Source: Bradymonadia bacterium (GTDB taxonomy: Bacteria; Myxococcota_A; Bradymonadia; UBA7976; UBA1532). Taken from it: DNA of 64,000 nucleotides. The notes beneath the pieces are model-generated. The model did not search any database and had not been told where the DNA came from. It saw only the letters and a program-made list of their open reading frames with translations. The position numbers were made by a program, and so were the translations under genes. The stretch covers positions 64,001 through 128,000 of the forward strand of contig JBKAGE010000001.1 in the NCBI GenBank assembly GCA_046290225.1, read 5' to 3'. Shown here one piece after another: positions 46,481 through 56,695 of the stretch; positions within the stretch are counted from its first letter, which is position 1; each line of letters opens with the position of its first letter.

Positions 46481-48838
46481 TCAGGGGTTCGCAGCGAGCG
46501 ACTGCAACCCGAAGAGCGGCACCTTCAGCTTCGTCTTGAAGATGTTCGTGTTCCACTTGGGGCCGGTCCACTTGAAGATGGTCACCTGACCCTTCACGCA
46601 GAAGGGGCACCAGCCCGCCTCGCCCCAGAGGGCGATCTTGCCGCTCAGAGCCCGGAAGGCGAAGTCGAGGCCCGTCTCGACCACCAGCTCCAGGGCGCGG
46701 ATGTCACCGCGGGGCGCGTTGAGAGCGATCTTGGCCTTGAAGGGCAGCGACATGTTCAGGAACTCCAGGGTGCCCTTGATGCCCGCTCGGGCGATGAGGA
46801 TGTCGATGGAGAGCGCCGCGAAGCCGTTGAGCATGGCGTAGGGCTTCACCTGACCCTTTACGTAGGCGGCGACGTGGGTGCACTGCGCGCCACCCTTGTC
46901 CACACCAGCCTTGGCGCCGAAGCTCAAGCCCAGCTTGCCGGAGATGCCGCCTTCCACCTTCACGGGGATGAAGACCACCGTGAACCACATCGACCCCTTC
47001 ACCTCCATCTTGGGGGTCTCGATCTTCTGGTCCTTCACCAGGTCGAAGGTCAGGGCACCCACCAGGTTTTTACGGCCCTTGTAGAGGCTCTTCCCGGCAA
47101 TTTGAACGTCACCCTCGTACTTGTGCATGTTGGCGAAGAAGCGCACGTAGATGAGGTTCACCTGCTTGCCGAAGCCCGTGGCGCCGGCGCGGAACATGGC
47201 CTCGAACTCGGCGTTCACGTTGCAGAGGATCCGCTCGAAGTCGAAGACCCGCCAGCGCATCAGGTACTCGTAGTACAGGTTGAAGTCGTTGTTTCCGAGC
47301 TTGCTGAACTTGCTGAACTTCTGCGCGGGATCCTTCAGACCACCGCCCACCTTGGACATGGCCGCCTTCGCCGCGGCCCGGGCCTTCTCCTCTTGAGCGC
47401 GCTGCTCTGCCTGGCGACGCTCCGCCTCTGCCTTGCGGGCGTTGTCGTTGAGCTCTTTGAGCACCCGGAACAGGTCGAAGCTGCGGGGTGAGGCGAGCCA
47501 GAGGCGGCCTTCGGCGACGACGTTGCCGTCGAGGTCGAGCAGGGGCACCCCGTTGAGGTTCGTCAATACACTGTGCTCGGCCTCTTTCTGCAGTGCGCGG
47601 CATGCAGCGTAGTCCGCCTCACGCTTGTCATTCACCTTGTCGGCGATGGCCTCCACAAGACGGCGCGGTGAGTAGTCACAAGGGGTGATCTCCCTGGCGC
47701 TCAGGCAGCCCTCTGCCTCAGCGACGAGCAGGCCCTCGACGATTTGCTCGTTGACCACCTCGAGCTCCACCTGGGCCACCTCGAGTGCGGCGCCGGCCTC
47801 TTCAGCGTCGAGAGACTCCCCGTTGCAGAAGCCTGTCTCTTCGTCGATCTCCCCATAACAGTCCCCGATGGGATCGGCCGTGGAGAGCAGGTCGATGCGG
47901 GCGACGAGATCCGCCCGGCGCTCGACGGCATAGGAGAAGGCACGCTGGGGCATATCGTGCTGCAGCATGACCTCGTCGAGCGTGTCGCTCAGTTGCCGAG
48001 CTGCCTGCATCTGCCAAGCGAGGGTGTCAGGTCGGGTACTGACCTCGGGATCTTCGAAGAGCCCTGTCAGGTGCGAGAGGCGATCATCACCAGCGATGAG
48101 ATCGATGGGTGCGCCGAAGTAGGCGTTGCGTGGCACCATCTGCACCTCGCCTTGCTCGATGGGCGTGCCATCGAAACCGCGAAGCTCGGGCCCGGGATCG
48201 GAAGGGTCCAGACCCATGTGGGCAGCAGCGATGCCCTCTCGGGCCACCTCCACCATGGTGGTGTATTCAGTGCCCAGAGGGGCGATGGCATCCTCGAAGC
48301 GGCTGACGTCGTAGTATTTCTCGTAGATGTATTCCTCACAGGTCTCGAAGCCGGCGTCGTTGGCGCGATAGTCCCTCCGCTTCTGCAATACATCTTCAGT
48401 GAAACCGCCGAAAGCCGTGGTCTGGGTGTGGGTCTGGGCCACGATGTCGCCGTAGGTGTCGGCGCCTTCTCGCACATAGGTCATGCCCTCGTGGCTGTAG
48501 GGGGTCTCGGCGACCACCTCCACCTCACCCTCGGGGCTCAGCGCCAGCACCTGAGGCAGTGTGTGGGCGTTGGAGAAGCCGTGCTCGGCGAGCTGTTCGG
48601 TGCAGCTCGGGGTGCCGTCGGGGTAGGCGCTCTGGCGACGGGTGGCCTCGACGCCACACGAGGTCTCCAGATAGGCCGGTGACAGGCAATCGGCGAGTGT
48701 AGGCGGCGCGCAGAGCACGGTGGGCTCGTAGAACACCCCAGTGGGCTCGGCGATGAAGAACTGAGCGCTGGCCTGACCGGCCACGATGGTGGCTGCGGTG
48801 GCGCAGACAACAGACGCAATTCGACGACGGAATGACAT
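46481..48838 (-). CDS. Secreted protein with a Cys-containing helical N-half and a basic beta-sheet C-terminal domain
   Basis: Signal peptide (ASA|QF); TCEEYIYEKYYDVSRF, GCL...TPCDYSP; coiled coil; amphipathic beta-strands (FTVVFIPVKVEGG, RAGIKGTLEF, LSGKIALW); GAGGAAG RBS. Confidence 0.82.
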   Translation of the reverse strand: MSFRRRIASVVCATAATIVAGQASAQFFIAEPTGVFYEPTVLCAPPTLADCLSPAYLETSCGVEATRRQSAYPDGTPSCTEQLAEHGFSNAHTLPQVLALSPEGEVEVVAETPYSHEGMTYVREGADTYGDIVAQTHTQTTAFGGFTEDVLQKRRDYRANDAGFETCEEYIYEKYYDVSRFEDAIAPLGTEYTTMVEVAREGIAAAHMGLDPSDPGPELRGFDGTPIEQGEVQMVPRNAYFGAPIDLIAGDDRLSHLTGLFEDPEVSTRPDTLAWQMQAARQLSDTLDEVMLQHDMPQRAFSYAVERRADLVARIDLLSTADPIGDCYGEIDEETGFCNGESLDAEEAGAALEVAQVELEVVNEQIVEGLLVAEAEGCLSAREITPCDYSPRRLVEAIADKVNDKREADYAACRALQKEAEHSVLTNLNGVPLLDLDGNVVAEGRLWLASPRSFDLFRVLKELNDNARKAEAERRQAEQRAQEEKARAAAKAAMSKVGGGLKDPAQKFSKFSKLGNNDFNLYYEYLMRWRVFDFERILCNVNAEFEAMFRAGATGFGKQVNLIYVRFFANMHKYEGDVQIAGKSLYKGRKNLVGALTFDLVKDQKIETPKMEVKGSMWFTVVFIPVKVEGGISGKLGLSFGAKAGVDKGGAQCTHVAAYVKGQVKPYAMLNGFAALSIDILIARAGIKGTLEFLNMSLPFKAKIALNAPRGDIRALELVVETGLDFAFRALSGKIALWGEAGWCPFCVKGQVTIFKWTGPKWNTNIFKTKLKVPLFGLQSLAANP

Positions 48839-48988
48839 GACTTCCTCCCCTCGAGCAGATGCTCTTGTGTGATGCGTGTCGGTGACATTGAGTGGGCCGC
48901 GTTGGCCTTCATTGACCCCTACGCCAGGGAGGTGGAGTTCTTTTTTTCGAGGCGGGATTTTTTTGATGAGGGCGGAAAGACGCCCCCT

Positions 48989-50347
48989 TCAGCGGCACGC
49001 GAGGGGCATGCTCCGGTTCACCGGTACCCAGGCCTTCGGAGCGCTGCGGGCTTTCTTGGGGGCGCTCTTGCCGATCTTGAAGGAGAAGCTCAGGGCGTCT
49101 TTGTTCAAGGCCACCGTGGAGAGGTTCAGGCCCTTGTCGCCGCCTTTGCCCATGCCCAGGGCCGCCGTGGAGAACGAGGCTTTGGTCTTGCCCATGCTGT
49201 CGCCCCACAGCTGCTTCGCCCAGGCGGTGCCGTCCGTGATGAGGGGGGGACCGATGATCTCTTCGATCTCCACACCGTTCACCCCGAGGTCCAGGGCCCC
49301 CTTCGACAGCGCCACAGAGGGGTCAGCGGCGATGCGGGCGCGGATACAGGCACCCTGGGCGCTCCAGACGTTCACCTTCAGCGGCTTGGCGCCCCCGGCC
49401 CACTCCACAGCGGGGGTGAAGGTGCCGCTCGGCGAGGCCTTGCCGCTCATGTCGTAGGTGCTTGGCAGCTTGCCGCCGGCGATGGCCCAGTTGGCCAGCT
49501 CCACAGCGGTCGCCGGGGCGATGCGCACGTGTACGCGATCAGAGGGCAGCGAGCGCGCCATCGAAGCGGTCATCGGGTTCAACCCCGTGGACACGGGCAG
49601 CGTCGTGCGGGCGTTCACCTGGAACACGCCATTCGCCGACGACAGCGACAGCTCGGCGATGGGCAGATCAGGCAGGGTGAAGCGCACCCGGGCCAGCTCA
49701 CCGATGGGCTTGAGCACCTGGCTCTGCAGCAAGCGGAAGGCGTTGTCGGTGAGGTACTTGATGGCGCCGTCGGCGAGCTGACGCACTTGGCGCTCAGGCA
49801 CGAGGTTGCGCACGAGGCTGGGTACGTTCGACATCAACGCGCTCACCAGCTTGCTCCCGGCGTTGGCGCTCACCGAAGGGGTCACCGACTTGAGATCGTC
49901 GGCCCGAAAGGCCAGCTCGAGGGTGCCCTTTTTGGCGTCGGCCACGGGCTTGGTCTCTGTGGCCATGGACATGGTGAACAGCGAGCGGCTGCCATACCCC
50001 ACGTCGAGATCGAGGCCCATCTTGTACTGCCCCTTCTGCGTCTGGGTGATGACCATGCGCTTGGGGGCGACCTTGAAGTCTTTGACGTAATCGGCGAGCC
50101 GGCCCATGCCGGGGATGGGGATCGATTTGGGGGTGATCCTGTCGATGCCGGCGCTGATGGCATCATCGAGCATCTTTTGCGGGATGGCGATCGACAGGTG
50201 GGGCGCAGTCTGCTGAGCCACCGGCTGGCGGTTCATGAAAGCATCCCGGTGGGCGGCGATCTCCTGGCAGGGGCCGCAGCCAGTGGTCAGGGCGGCGACG
50301 CCGACGCTGAAGGTGGCCCAGAGGGCGCCTCGGATCAGGCGGTGCAT
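48989..50347 (-). CDS. Hypothetical lipoprotein, possibly with a TULIP/BPI-like fold
   Basis: GGAGG RBS, lipobox TTGC; two repeated 'strand then helix' motifs (HLSIAIPQKMLDDAI, RVHVRIAPATAVELAN). The fold is an inference. Confidence 0.75.
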   Translation of the reverse strand: MHRLIRGALWATFSVGVAALTTGCGPCQEIAAHRDAFMNRQPVAQQTAPHLSIAIPQKMLDDAISAGIDRITPKSIPIPGMGRLADYVKDFKVAPKRMVITQTQKGQYKMGLDLDVGYGSRSLFTMSMATETKPVADAKKGTLELAFRADDLKSVTPSVSANAGSKLVSALMSNVPSLVRNLVPERQVRQLADGAIKYLTDNAFRLLQSQVLKPIGELARVRFTLPDLPIAELSLSSANGVFQVNARTTLPVSTGLNPMTASMARSLPSDRVHVRIAPATAVELANWAIAGGKLPSTYDMSGKASPSGTFTPAVEWAGGAKPLKVNVWSAQGACIRARIAADPSVALSKGALDLGVNGVEIEEIIGPPLITDGTAWAKQLWGDSMGKTKASFSTAALGMGKGGDKGLNLSTVALNKDALSFSFKIGKSAPKKARSAPKAWVPVNRSMPLACR

Positions 50348-50452
50348 GTGTTTCCTCCACATTGAGCGGGCCCATCTGACCCCTTCAAGGCCTGGGGCTC
50401 AACCCTTTCTTGTGCCAGAATCCCCCGCCAGACTCAGATCAGAGGCCACTTG

Positions 50453-52744
50453 ATGACCGACGCGCCCCAACAGACCGCCCCGACACCTGATTTCAGCGTG
50501 CACGACTTCGCCCGAGGCACCCTCAAGACGTGGGGTGTGATCAGCATCGTGCATGGCCTCGTCATGGTCCTCGCCACCTGGTTCGGGATCCCTTGGAAGT
50601 CACCGATGATCAACACCCTGCTCATCGTCCTGGGCCTCGGTGGGATCGTCGCCGGCGTGCTGCAGTGGCGTGGGGGTCGCCTGGGCTGGCGTGCAGGTCA
50701 GGTCGTGGCCTCGATCTGGCTGGTGCTGGGCACCCTGATCATCGGCGGCCTGTTGATGTCGTGGGCCTATCTCAAGGGCATTTACGGCGACTTTGGCCGC
50801 GGCGGCGCCATCGCCAGCATGTTGGTGGCCCTGGTGGCGTTCCTGGTCATCGCGCTGGTGCCCACGCTGCACCTGCGGGCGCTGCTGCGCAAAGAAATGC
50901 GTCTGGCCTTCGGCGCCGGAGACAAGATCAAGGCCGCGGCGCTCATCATCGCACTGTTGCCTCTACCCGTGGCCTGGTGGGCCCACAGCCAGCACCACCT
51001 CGCACCTGAGGTGCCTGCTCTGAGCGCAGCGGGCCAGTTGCAGGCGGTCCAGCTGCTCAAGGCCCGGATGCAGGGGGCCGACCTGCCCCCGACCCCAGAT
51101 CTCGACGGCGCCCCCATGGGGCCTGGGCCAGTGTATGTCTCTCTGTGGGGGCGAGGCGAGCTGGCCGCCCGCGTGGGGGCCGAGAGCACCGACCTCAAGA
51201 GCGCCCTGCTCGCCGCAGCCGACACGCTGAAAGATCATCCCGTGCTCACGGGCAAACGCCTCGCCCGCCACACCCTCAAGATCGACCGTGTCGTGGCGAA
51301 AGGCCCGGTTCTCTCTTCTGCGGGGCCCATCCTCGCCCTCTCGGTGAACCCGGGCCTCGACGGCCTGCGCCGTGCCCCTGGGGCCGATGAGCTGCCCGTA
51401 CAGCTCGACCCGTTCGTGGCCCTGCCCGACGACATGATCCAGGCCGACGTGTTCGGTGCCGCCCCCCTGGTCCCGGGCATTCGCGAGCTGCGTCTGGGGT
51501 TGGACGTCGATCAGGTGCTGCCTCGCCTGGCCAACGACGGAGCCCCCATCGAGCGCCTGCGCCTGGAGAGCTGGGTGAGCGCGGGGCAAAAGGTGCTGCC
51601 CGTGGTCCGCGGCAACACCCCAGGCCCCGAGCCCGGCCCTGTGGCATGGCGAAACGCCGCCATCCGTGGCGGCGACTTTGTCAGGCGGCAGATTCGGAAG
51701 GACAACCGCTTCCACTATCAATACCTGCCCTACACAGATCATCACCCTGGGGGTGCCAACTACAGCATCCCCCGCCACGCCGGCACCGTGTACAGCCTCG
51801 CTCTGCTCTTCGGCGAGACGGGGCACAAGCGCTTCAAGCAGTCTGCAGAGCGGGCGATCCTCTGGCTCGGCGAGCAGACCCACGAGGGCTGCCTGAACGA
51901 CGGCGACCGGTGTGTGGTGAAGGGCGGTGTCGCCATGCTCGGCTCCACGGCCCTCACGCTCGTCGGCATGCTGGAATACCAGCGACGTACCGGCGATACC
52001 CGCTACGCAGAGCAGGCACGCTCACTGTTGAAGTACGTCATGGCATTACAGCAGCCCAATGGTGAGTTTCAGCACAAGGTCATCGTGGGCAAGCGCCAGA
52101 TCGATCCAAGCTACAAAGGCATGTTCTACAGCGAAGAGGCAGCGCTGGCTCTGGTCATGGCCCACAAGATCCTCGGCGATGACACATACCTCGCCGCAGC
52201 GGAGCGCGCGTTGAACTATCTGACCGGGCCCAAATACGACTTCTTCCTCGGACGCTTTGTCTATGGGGCCGATCACTGGACCTGCATCGCCGCCGAGGAG
52301 GCATGGCCCACCCTCAAACACGACCAGTACTTCGATTTTTGTAAGGGCTACGCCGACTTCATCGCGCTCATGCAATACCCGCAAGAGGGCTGGCAGAATG
52401 CCGACTTCCGTGGGCACTACGGCTTCGGGGCCTTGCTGGTGCCTCAAGCGCCAGCGGCGGCGGGCTTCACCGAGGCCATCGTGTCGACCTATCGTCTCAG
52501 TCGTCACCGAGGTGCCCCAGACCCCGAGCTGAAGGCGCAGATGTCGCATGCCCTCGACGCCCTCGTGCGCGATCAGCTGCGCTTCGACAACGCCTGGCTG
52601 GTGAAACGGCCCCTGAGCGCTGTAGGCGGCTTTCGCCGTAGCCTCGTAGAGTCAGAGGTCCGCATCGACTTCACTCAACACGCTTTGAGCGCGCTGATCC
52701 GTGGCGCGGTGGTCCTCGAAGAAGAGACACGACCGGAGAGCTGA
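50453..52744 (+). CDS. Membrane protein with an AMMECR1-like segment and a C-terminal (alpha/alpha)6 barrel
   Basis: About 5 N-terminal TM helices; VYVSLW.RG; PGLDGL; RFHYQY, YSIPRHAGTVYSL, LGSTAL, YSEEAALAL and VRIDFTQHALSAL. Confidence 0.75.
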   Translation: MTDAPQQTAPTPDFSVHDFARGTLKTWGVISIVHGLVMVLATWFGIPWKSPMINTLLIVLGLGGIVAGVLQWRGGRLGWRAGQVVASIWLVLGTLIIGGLLMSWAYLKGIYGDFGRGGAIASMLVALVAFLVIALVPTLHLRALLRKEMRLAFGAGDKIKAAALIIALLPLPVAWWAHSQHHLAPEVPALSAAGQLQAVQLLKARMQGADLPPTPDLDGAPMGPGPVYVSLWGRGELAARVGAESTDLKSALLAAADTLKDHPVLTGKRLARHTLKIDRVVAKGPVLSSAGPILALSVNPGLDGLRRAPGADELPVQLDPFVALPDDMIQADVFGAAPLVPGIRELRLGLDVDQVLPRLANDGAPIERLRLESWVSAGQKVLPVVRGNTPGPEPGPVAWRNAAIRGGDFVRRQIRKDNRFHYQYLPYTDHHPGGANYSIPRHAGTVYSLALLFGETGHKRFKQSAERAILWLGEQTHEGCLNDGDRCVVKGGVAMLGSTALTLVGMLEYQRRTGDTRYAEQARSLLKYVMALQQPNGEFQHKVIVGKRQIDPSYKGMFYSEEAALALVMAHKILGDDTYLAAAERALNYLTGPKYDFFLGRFVYGADHWTCIAAEEAWPTLKHDQYFDFCKGYADFIALMQYPQEGWQNADFRGHYGFGALLVPQAPAAAGFTEAIVSTYRLSRHRGAPDPELKAQMSHALDALVRDQLRFDNAWLVKRPLSAVGGFRRSLVESEVRIDFTQHALSALIRGAVVLEEETRPES

Positions 52745-54174
52745 TGCGACACTGGGGTACAGGCATCGAGGGTGACTTAGAAGGCGATCTGATCGCCCTG
52801 GGCATCGGGATCCTGCTCCTGATCGCCGGCACCGGTGTCAAGCTGTGGCAATACTACATCATGCGCAAGGCTGCGCAGGCTGTGGACTTCTCGGCGAGCT
52901 CGGTGGGTCCGGGCCTGTTCAGCGAGATGGACGGCAAGCTGCACGGCCTCAGGGTGATGGTCCGGGTCAAACGCTCCGCCTGGTTCTTTCCAGAGACAGT
53001 CATCACAGCCCTGGGCCTCCCCAAAAACCTGAGAGTGCATCCTGCGGGTCTGCAATCTCGCCTCAATGATTTGATGGATGGAGATCGCGTCCTCACGGGG
53101 GATGATGTCTTCGACCAGAAGGTCTGGTTGGCGGGCGACGAGGCCGCCCTGCGCGGCGGGCTCACAGAGCAGGCCCGAGCAGCATTGAGCAAGGCGATGT
53201 CCACACACCCGTTCATGGTCGAAGACGGCACGCTCACGGCGACGATCTCCGGCCTGCCGCTCTCCAGCGGTGGCATCGTGAGCATCCTGAAGGCTCTCGA
53301 CGATGCGCTGCCGCACCTGAAGGCTCTGGAAGAGGCTCGACCCGAACTCTTGAGTCGACAGGCTCTGCGCGACCCTGACACCGACGTACGCCGTGCAGCT
53401 CTGACGCAACTGCTCCACCGATTCCCCGAAGATCCTCTGGCGACGACGACTCTTGAGAAGGTCATGGAGAGCGCACCCAGCGGCGATCAGGTCGCCGCCC
53501 TCGAACTGGCCTTCGATGGTCGCATGGGCCAGTCTTTCTGGCCGAAGCTCTGCACCCTGCTCATGTCGACCCGGCTGAAGCAGGACACCCGTTTGCAAGC
53601 CCTCGTGATCTTCTCCGCGCACATGAGCATGGTGGTGTCGCCTGATCCCCGCCCTTCTGCAGTGCTCGCCTCACTGCTGTCAGAGCCCTTCCCACTGGTG
53701 GAGGCGGTCCAACTCGCCGGTCGCCGCGTGTTCCCGGATATCCGTGCTCCACTCATGGGCCTCGAGGCGTCGTCGACCGCGCTCAAGCTGGCTCAGGTGC
53801 AAGCGTTGAGCACGTACGCTGGAGACACATACGACGACGCACTGCAGCAACTGCTCGTCGAACGCCTCGCCGACGAGGAGCGAGAGGTTCAGGTGGCTGC
53901 CGCACACGTACTCCGAGATCATGCGGATGTGAGCGCGGTGGCCCCGCTTCAGGCCCTGCTGTCTTCTGGCATCAAGGGGGTGCTGGTCTCTGGCGAGATC
54001 AAGCGGGTGGTGGAAGAGGCGGTGTCGGCGATTCAAGGGCGCCTCGGCGAAGGCGCTGCGCACGCGGTGGGTGGCTTGACTCTGGAGGCGCTCAAAGAAA
54101 AGTCGGGTGGCCTCTCAGAAGCCACAGAAGGCCGTTTGAGCATCGCCAAACCAGAGAAATCACAACCAACATAG
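52744..54174 (+). CDS. Single-TM HEAT-repeat protein (paralog 1)
   Basis: TGATG coupling; TM helix; TGDDVFDQKV; DPDTDVRRAAL; VQVAAAHVL; C-terminal AIQGRLGEGAA..VGGL.L. Confidence 0.8.
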   Translation: MRHWGTGIEGDLEGDLIALGIGILLLIAGTGVKLWQYYIMRKAAQAVDFSASSVGPGLFSEMDGKLHGLRVMVRVKRSAWFFPETVITALGLPKNLRVHPAGLQSRLNDLMDGDRVLTGDDVFDQKVWLAGDEAALRGGLTEQARAALSKAMSTHPFMVEDGTLTATISGLPLSSGGIVSILKALDDALPHLKALEEARPELLSRQALRDPDTDVRRAALTQLLHRFPEDPLATTTLEKVMESAPSGDQVAALELAFDGRMGQSFWPKLCTLLMSTRLKQDTRLQALVIFSAHMSMVVSPDPRPSAVLASLLSEPFPLVEAVQLAGRRVFPDIRAPLMGLEASSTALKLAQVQALSTYAGDTYDDALQQLLVERLADEEREVQVAAAHVLRDHADVSAVAPLQALLSSGIKGVLVSGEIKRVVEEAVSAIQGRLGEGAAHAVGGLTLEALKEKSGGLSEATEGRLSIAKPEKSQPT

Positions 54175-54178
54175 CCTG

Positions 54179-55585
54179 GTGGTCATCCAACCCAAGCACC
54201 AGAATGAGGATGATGCAGCGGTGGATGGCGAGTTACTCTTGATTCTGATGGGGTTGGGTACCCTCGCTACGCTCATCTATCTCGTCTATCGCCTTGAGCG
54301 CGTGTTCAAAGACGCAGGGCAGGCAACAGGCCTGACCCTGTATGGCGACGAGTATGAGGACTGGTGGCACCGGCTCGAGGGTGAGTCTCATCAATGCCCC
54401 ATCAAAGTGGTGATCGCTCGATCGCCCTGGCTGCTCCCCGAGACCCGCATCATCGTCTCAGATCTGCCGCCTCCTCTCTGTGTGCGCCCTGCTGTGCCCA
54501 ACGGTACGTGTACTCTCCCCACTGGAGACGAGCGCTTCGATGGTGTTGTCGAAGTCACTGGAAACCCCCAAGTGATCCGCAGGTCCCTGTCTTCGTCTGT
54601 CCGGGATGCACTGTTCGAGGCGATGTCGCGCAGCCCCTTCATTGTGGAAGATGGTCGGCTCATCTCACGTAGGTTGGGGTTCCCTTTCTCCACGCAGTCT
54701 TTCATCGAGCGCATCGAGGCGGTCACCATGGTGCTCCCTCATCTGAAGTCGATGACTGATGGTCTCACCGCTGATTTGAGCCAACGCGCCCTCCAAGATC
54801 CCGATCCGCAGGTGCGCTTCCAAGCCCTGGCAGATCTGCTGCGCAACTTCCCAGGACACCCTGACGGTCGACAGACGTTGGGAGACTTCGTGCACGCCCC
54901 CGATCTCGAGACACGGCTCGCCGCCCTCGAACTCGCCGCGGACAATGGGCTGCTGGACGAGTACTGGTCAATGATCTGCGCTCAAGTCACCGCGCTACAA
55001 TCGACCACTGAAGCTCGCCTGTCTGCGCTGAGGCTCTTCGAGACATATGCTGACAGAGTGTTGGATCCAAACCCGGCTCCGCTGGAGGTGCTTCGGGCTC
55101 TCTTGTCGGAGCAACCCCCTGTAATAGCTTTGGTTGAGCGCCTCTTCGAGCGGGCACGGCCCGAGCTGCTGCCGGACATCATCGTGATGCAGGCAGACAC
55201 GCCAGCGCTCCAAGAGCTTCAGGTGCAAGCGATCGCACGTCATGCCCGCTCGGGGTACAGCGAAGCGATGCAAGATCTGCTGATTCGACGCCTGAGCACA
55301 GGCTCGAGCGCGGTCAAACTCGAAGCCGCACGTGTATTGGGCACCCATGGCAATGTGGAGGCAGTGGAGCCGCTGCTGAAGTCACGGACTTCGGGGATCG
55401 CTGGAGCGCTCTCGGGCACACTCAATGAGGCCATCGATGGGGCGGTCGTCGCGATTCAAAGGCGACTTGGAGAAGGTGCAGCTCAGGCGGTGGGTGGCCT
55501 GGCCTTGGAAGAGTTCCAGGGCAAAGCAGGGGGACTGTCAGAGGCAGTAGATGGCCGCCTGAGCGTGACCCTGGCGAAGGAGTAA
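54179..55585 (+). CDS. Single-TM HEAT-repeat protein (paralog 2)
   Basis: Collinear with the upstream gene (TGDERFDGVV, DPDPQVRFQAL, AIQRRLGEGAAQAVGGLAL). Start could be GTG 54221. Confidence 0.8.
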   Translation: MVIQPKHQNEDDAAVDGELLLILMGLGTLATLIYLVYRLERVFKDAGQATGLTLYGDEYEDWWHRLEGESHQCPIKVVIARSPWLLPETRIIVSDLPPPLCVRPAVPNGTCTLPTGDERFDGVVEVTGNPQVIRRSLSSSVRDALFEAMSRSPFIVEDGRLISRRLGFPFSTQSFIERIEAVTMVLPHLKSMTDGLTADLSQRALQDPDPQVRFQALADLLRNFPGHPDGRQTLGDFVHAPDLETRLAALELAADNGLLDEYWSMICAQVTALQSTTEARLSALRLFETYADRVLDPNPAPLEVLRALLSEQPPVIALVERLFERARPELLPDIIVMQADTPALQELQVQAIARHARSGYSEAMQDLLIRRLSTGSSAVKLEAARVLGTHGNVEAVEPLLKSRTSGIAGALSGTLNEAIDGAVVAIQRRLGEGAAQAVGGLALEEFQGKAGGLSEAVDGRLSVTLAKE

Positions 55586-55614
55586 GATCTGCGCACTACG
55601 GCGGTGCCTCTTCA

Positions 55615-55995
55615 TCACTCCGCCGTGAACTCCACCTGATCCATGCCCGTAGAGGCGCTCACCACCAGCAGCGTGACCTCCTCGTCACTCTCGTTCACCA
55701 CTGTATGTGTCTCGTGCTCTCCAGCAGGACACATGACCACGTCACCAGGCTTCAACACCCGACGCGCCGTACCCAGCTCTGCAGTGGGATGACCGGAGAG
55801 CACCACGAAGGCCTCTTCACGCTCAGTGTGTCTATGAGGCGGCGCGGTTCTACACCCTGAGGGCAGGCGCTCGTGGTGCATGCGCAACAGACCGAGCTGT
55901 GACGACAGCTCGGCCACCCAGCCCAGGGCCTCTCCTGTCGCACGGACCCGAGATCGCGCGTGTGGGGCCTCGTACAGGTTGATGATTTCAGGCAT
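55615..55995 (-). CDS. Cupin-domain protein
   Basis: ERLPSG..TAPPHRHTEREEAFVVLSG and LKPGDVVMCPAG...HTVVN. Confidence 0.88.
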   Translation of the reverse strand: MPEIINLYEAPHARSRVRATGEALGWVAELSSQLGLLRMHHERLPSGCRTAPPHRHTEREEAFVVLSGHPTAELGTARRVLKPGDVVMCPAGEHETHTVVNESDEEVTLLVVSASTGMDQVEFTAE

Positions 55996-56041
55996 GGTGA
56001 CTCCCATTCGGCCATCGCTGCGAATGTCAAAGGGGATCACC

Positions 56042-56695
56042 ATGCGCCGTACACGCGTCAAGATTTGCTGCATCGCCAGTGAAGCAGAAGCTCAAATCGC
56101 CATCGAAGCAGGGGCGGATGCTCTGGGGCTCGTCTCCGCCATGCCCACGGGCCCTGGCGTAATCAGCGATGATGACATCGCCACCATTGCCGCCAGCGTA
56201 CCGCCACTCATCTCCACGTGGCTGCTCACCAGCAAGACAGCGCCTGAGGCCATCGTGGCCCAGGTGAACGCTGCTGGAGTCGACACCGTACAGCTCGTCA
56301 CCGATATCCCCGAGGGTGGTCATGCGTACTTGAAGGCGAAGCTGCCCGGACGGCGCATCGTACAGGTGCTCCATGTCGTGGGACCCGAGATCATCGACGA
56401 TGCCCTCGCGCTGCGTGCCCACGTCGACGCCATCCTGCTCGACTCGGGCAACCCGAGCCAGGCGGAGCTCGGTGGGACAGGGCGCACCCATGACTGGTCT
56501 GTGAGCGCCCAGCTGGTGGCGGCGGTGGCGCCGACCCCAGTCTTTCTCGCTGGAGGTCTGAGAAGGGAGAACATCGCCGACGCCATCGAGCAAGTGAAGC
56601 CCTTCGGTGTCGACGTGTGCAGCGGCGTCAGGGCCAGTGGCCAGCTGAACCCCGAGCGGCTCTCATCGTTGATCCGCGCGATCCACACTGACTGA
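56042..56695 (+). CDS. trpF: Phosphoribosylanthranilate isomerase
   Basis: RVKICCI, GADALGLV, ILLDS, LGGTGRTHDW, VFLAGGL and PFGVDVCSGV. Confidence 0.95.
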   Translation: MRRTRVKICCIASEAEAQIAIEAGADALGLVSAMPTGPGVISDDDIATIAASVPPLISTWLLTSKTAPEAIVAQVNAAGVDTVQLVTDIPEGGHAYLKAKLPGRRIVQVLHVVGPEIIDDALALRAHVDAILLDSGNPSQAELGGTGRTHDWSVSAQLVAAVAPTPVFLAGGLRRENIADAIEQVKPFGVDVCSGVRASGQLNPERLSSLIRAIHTD

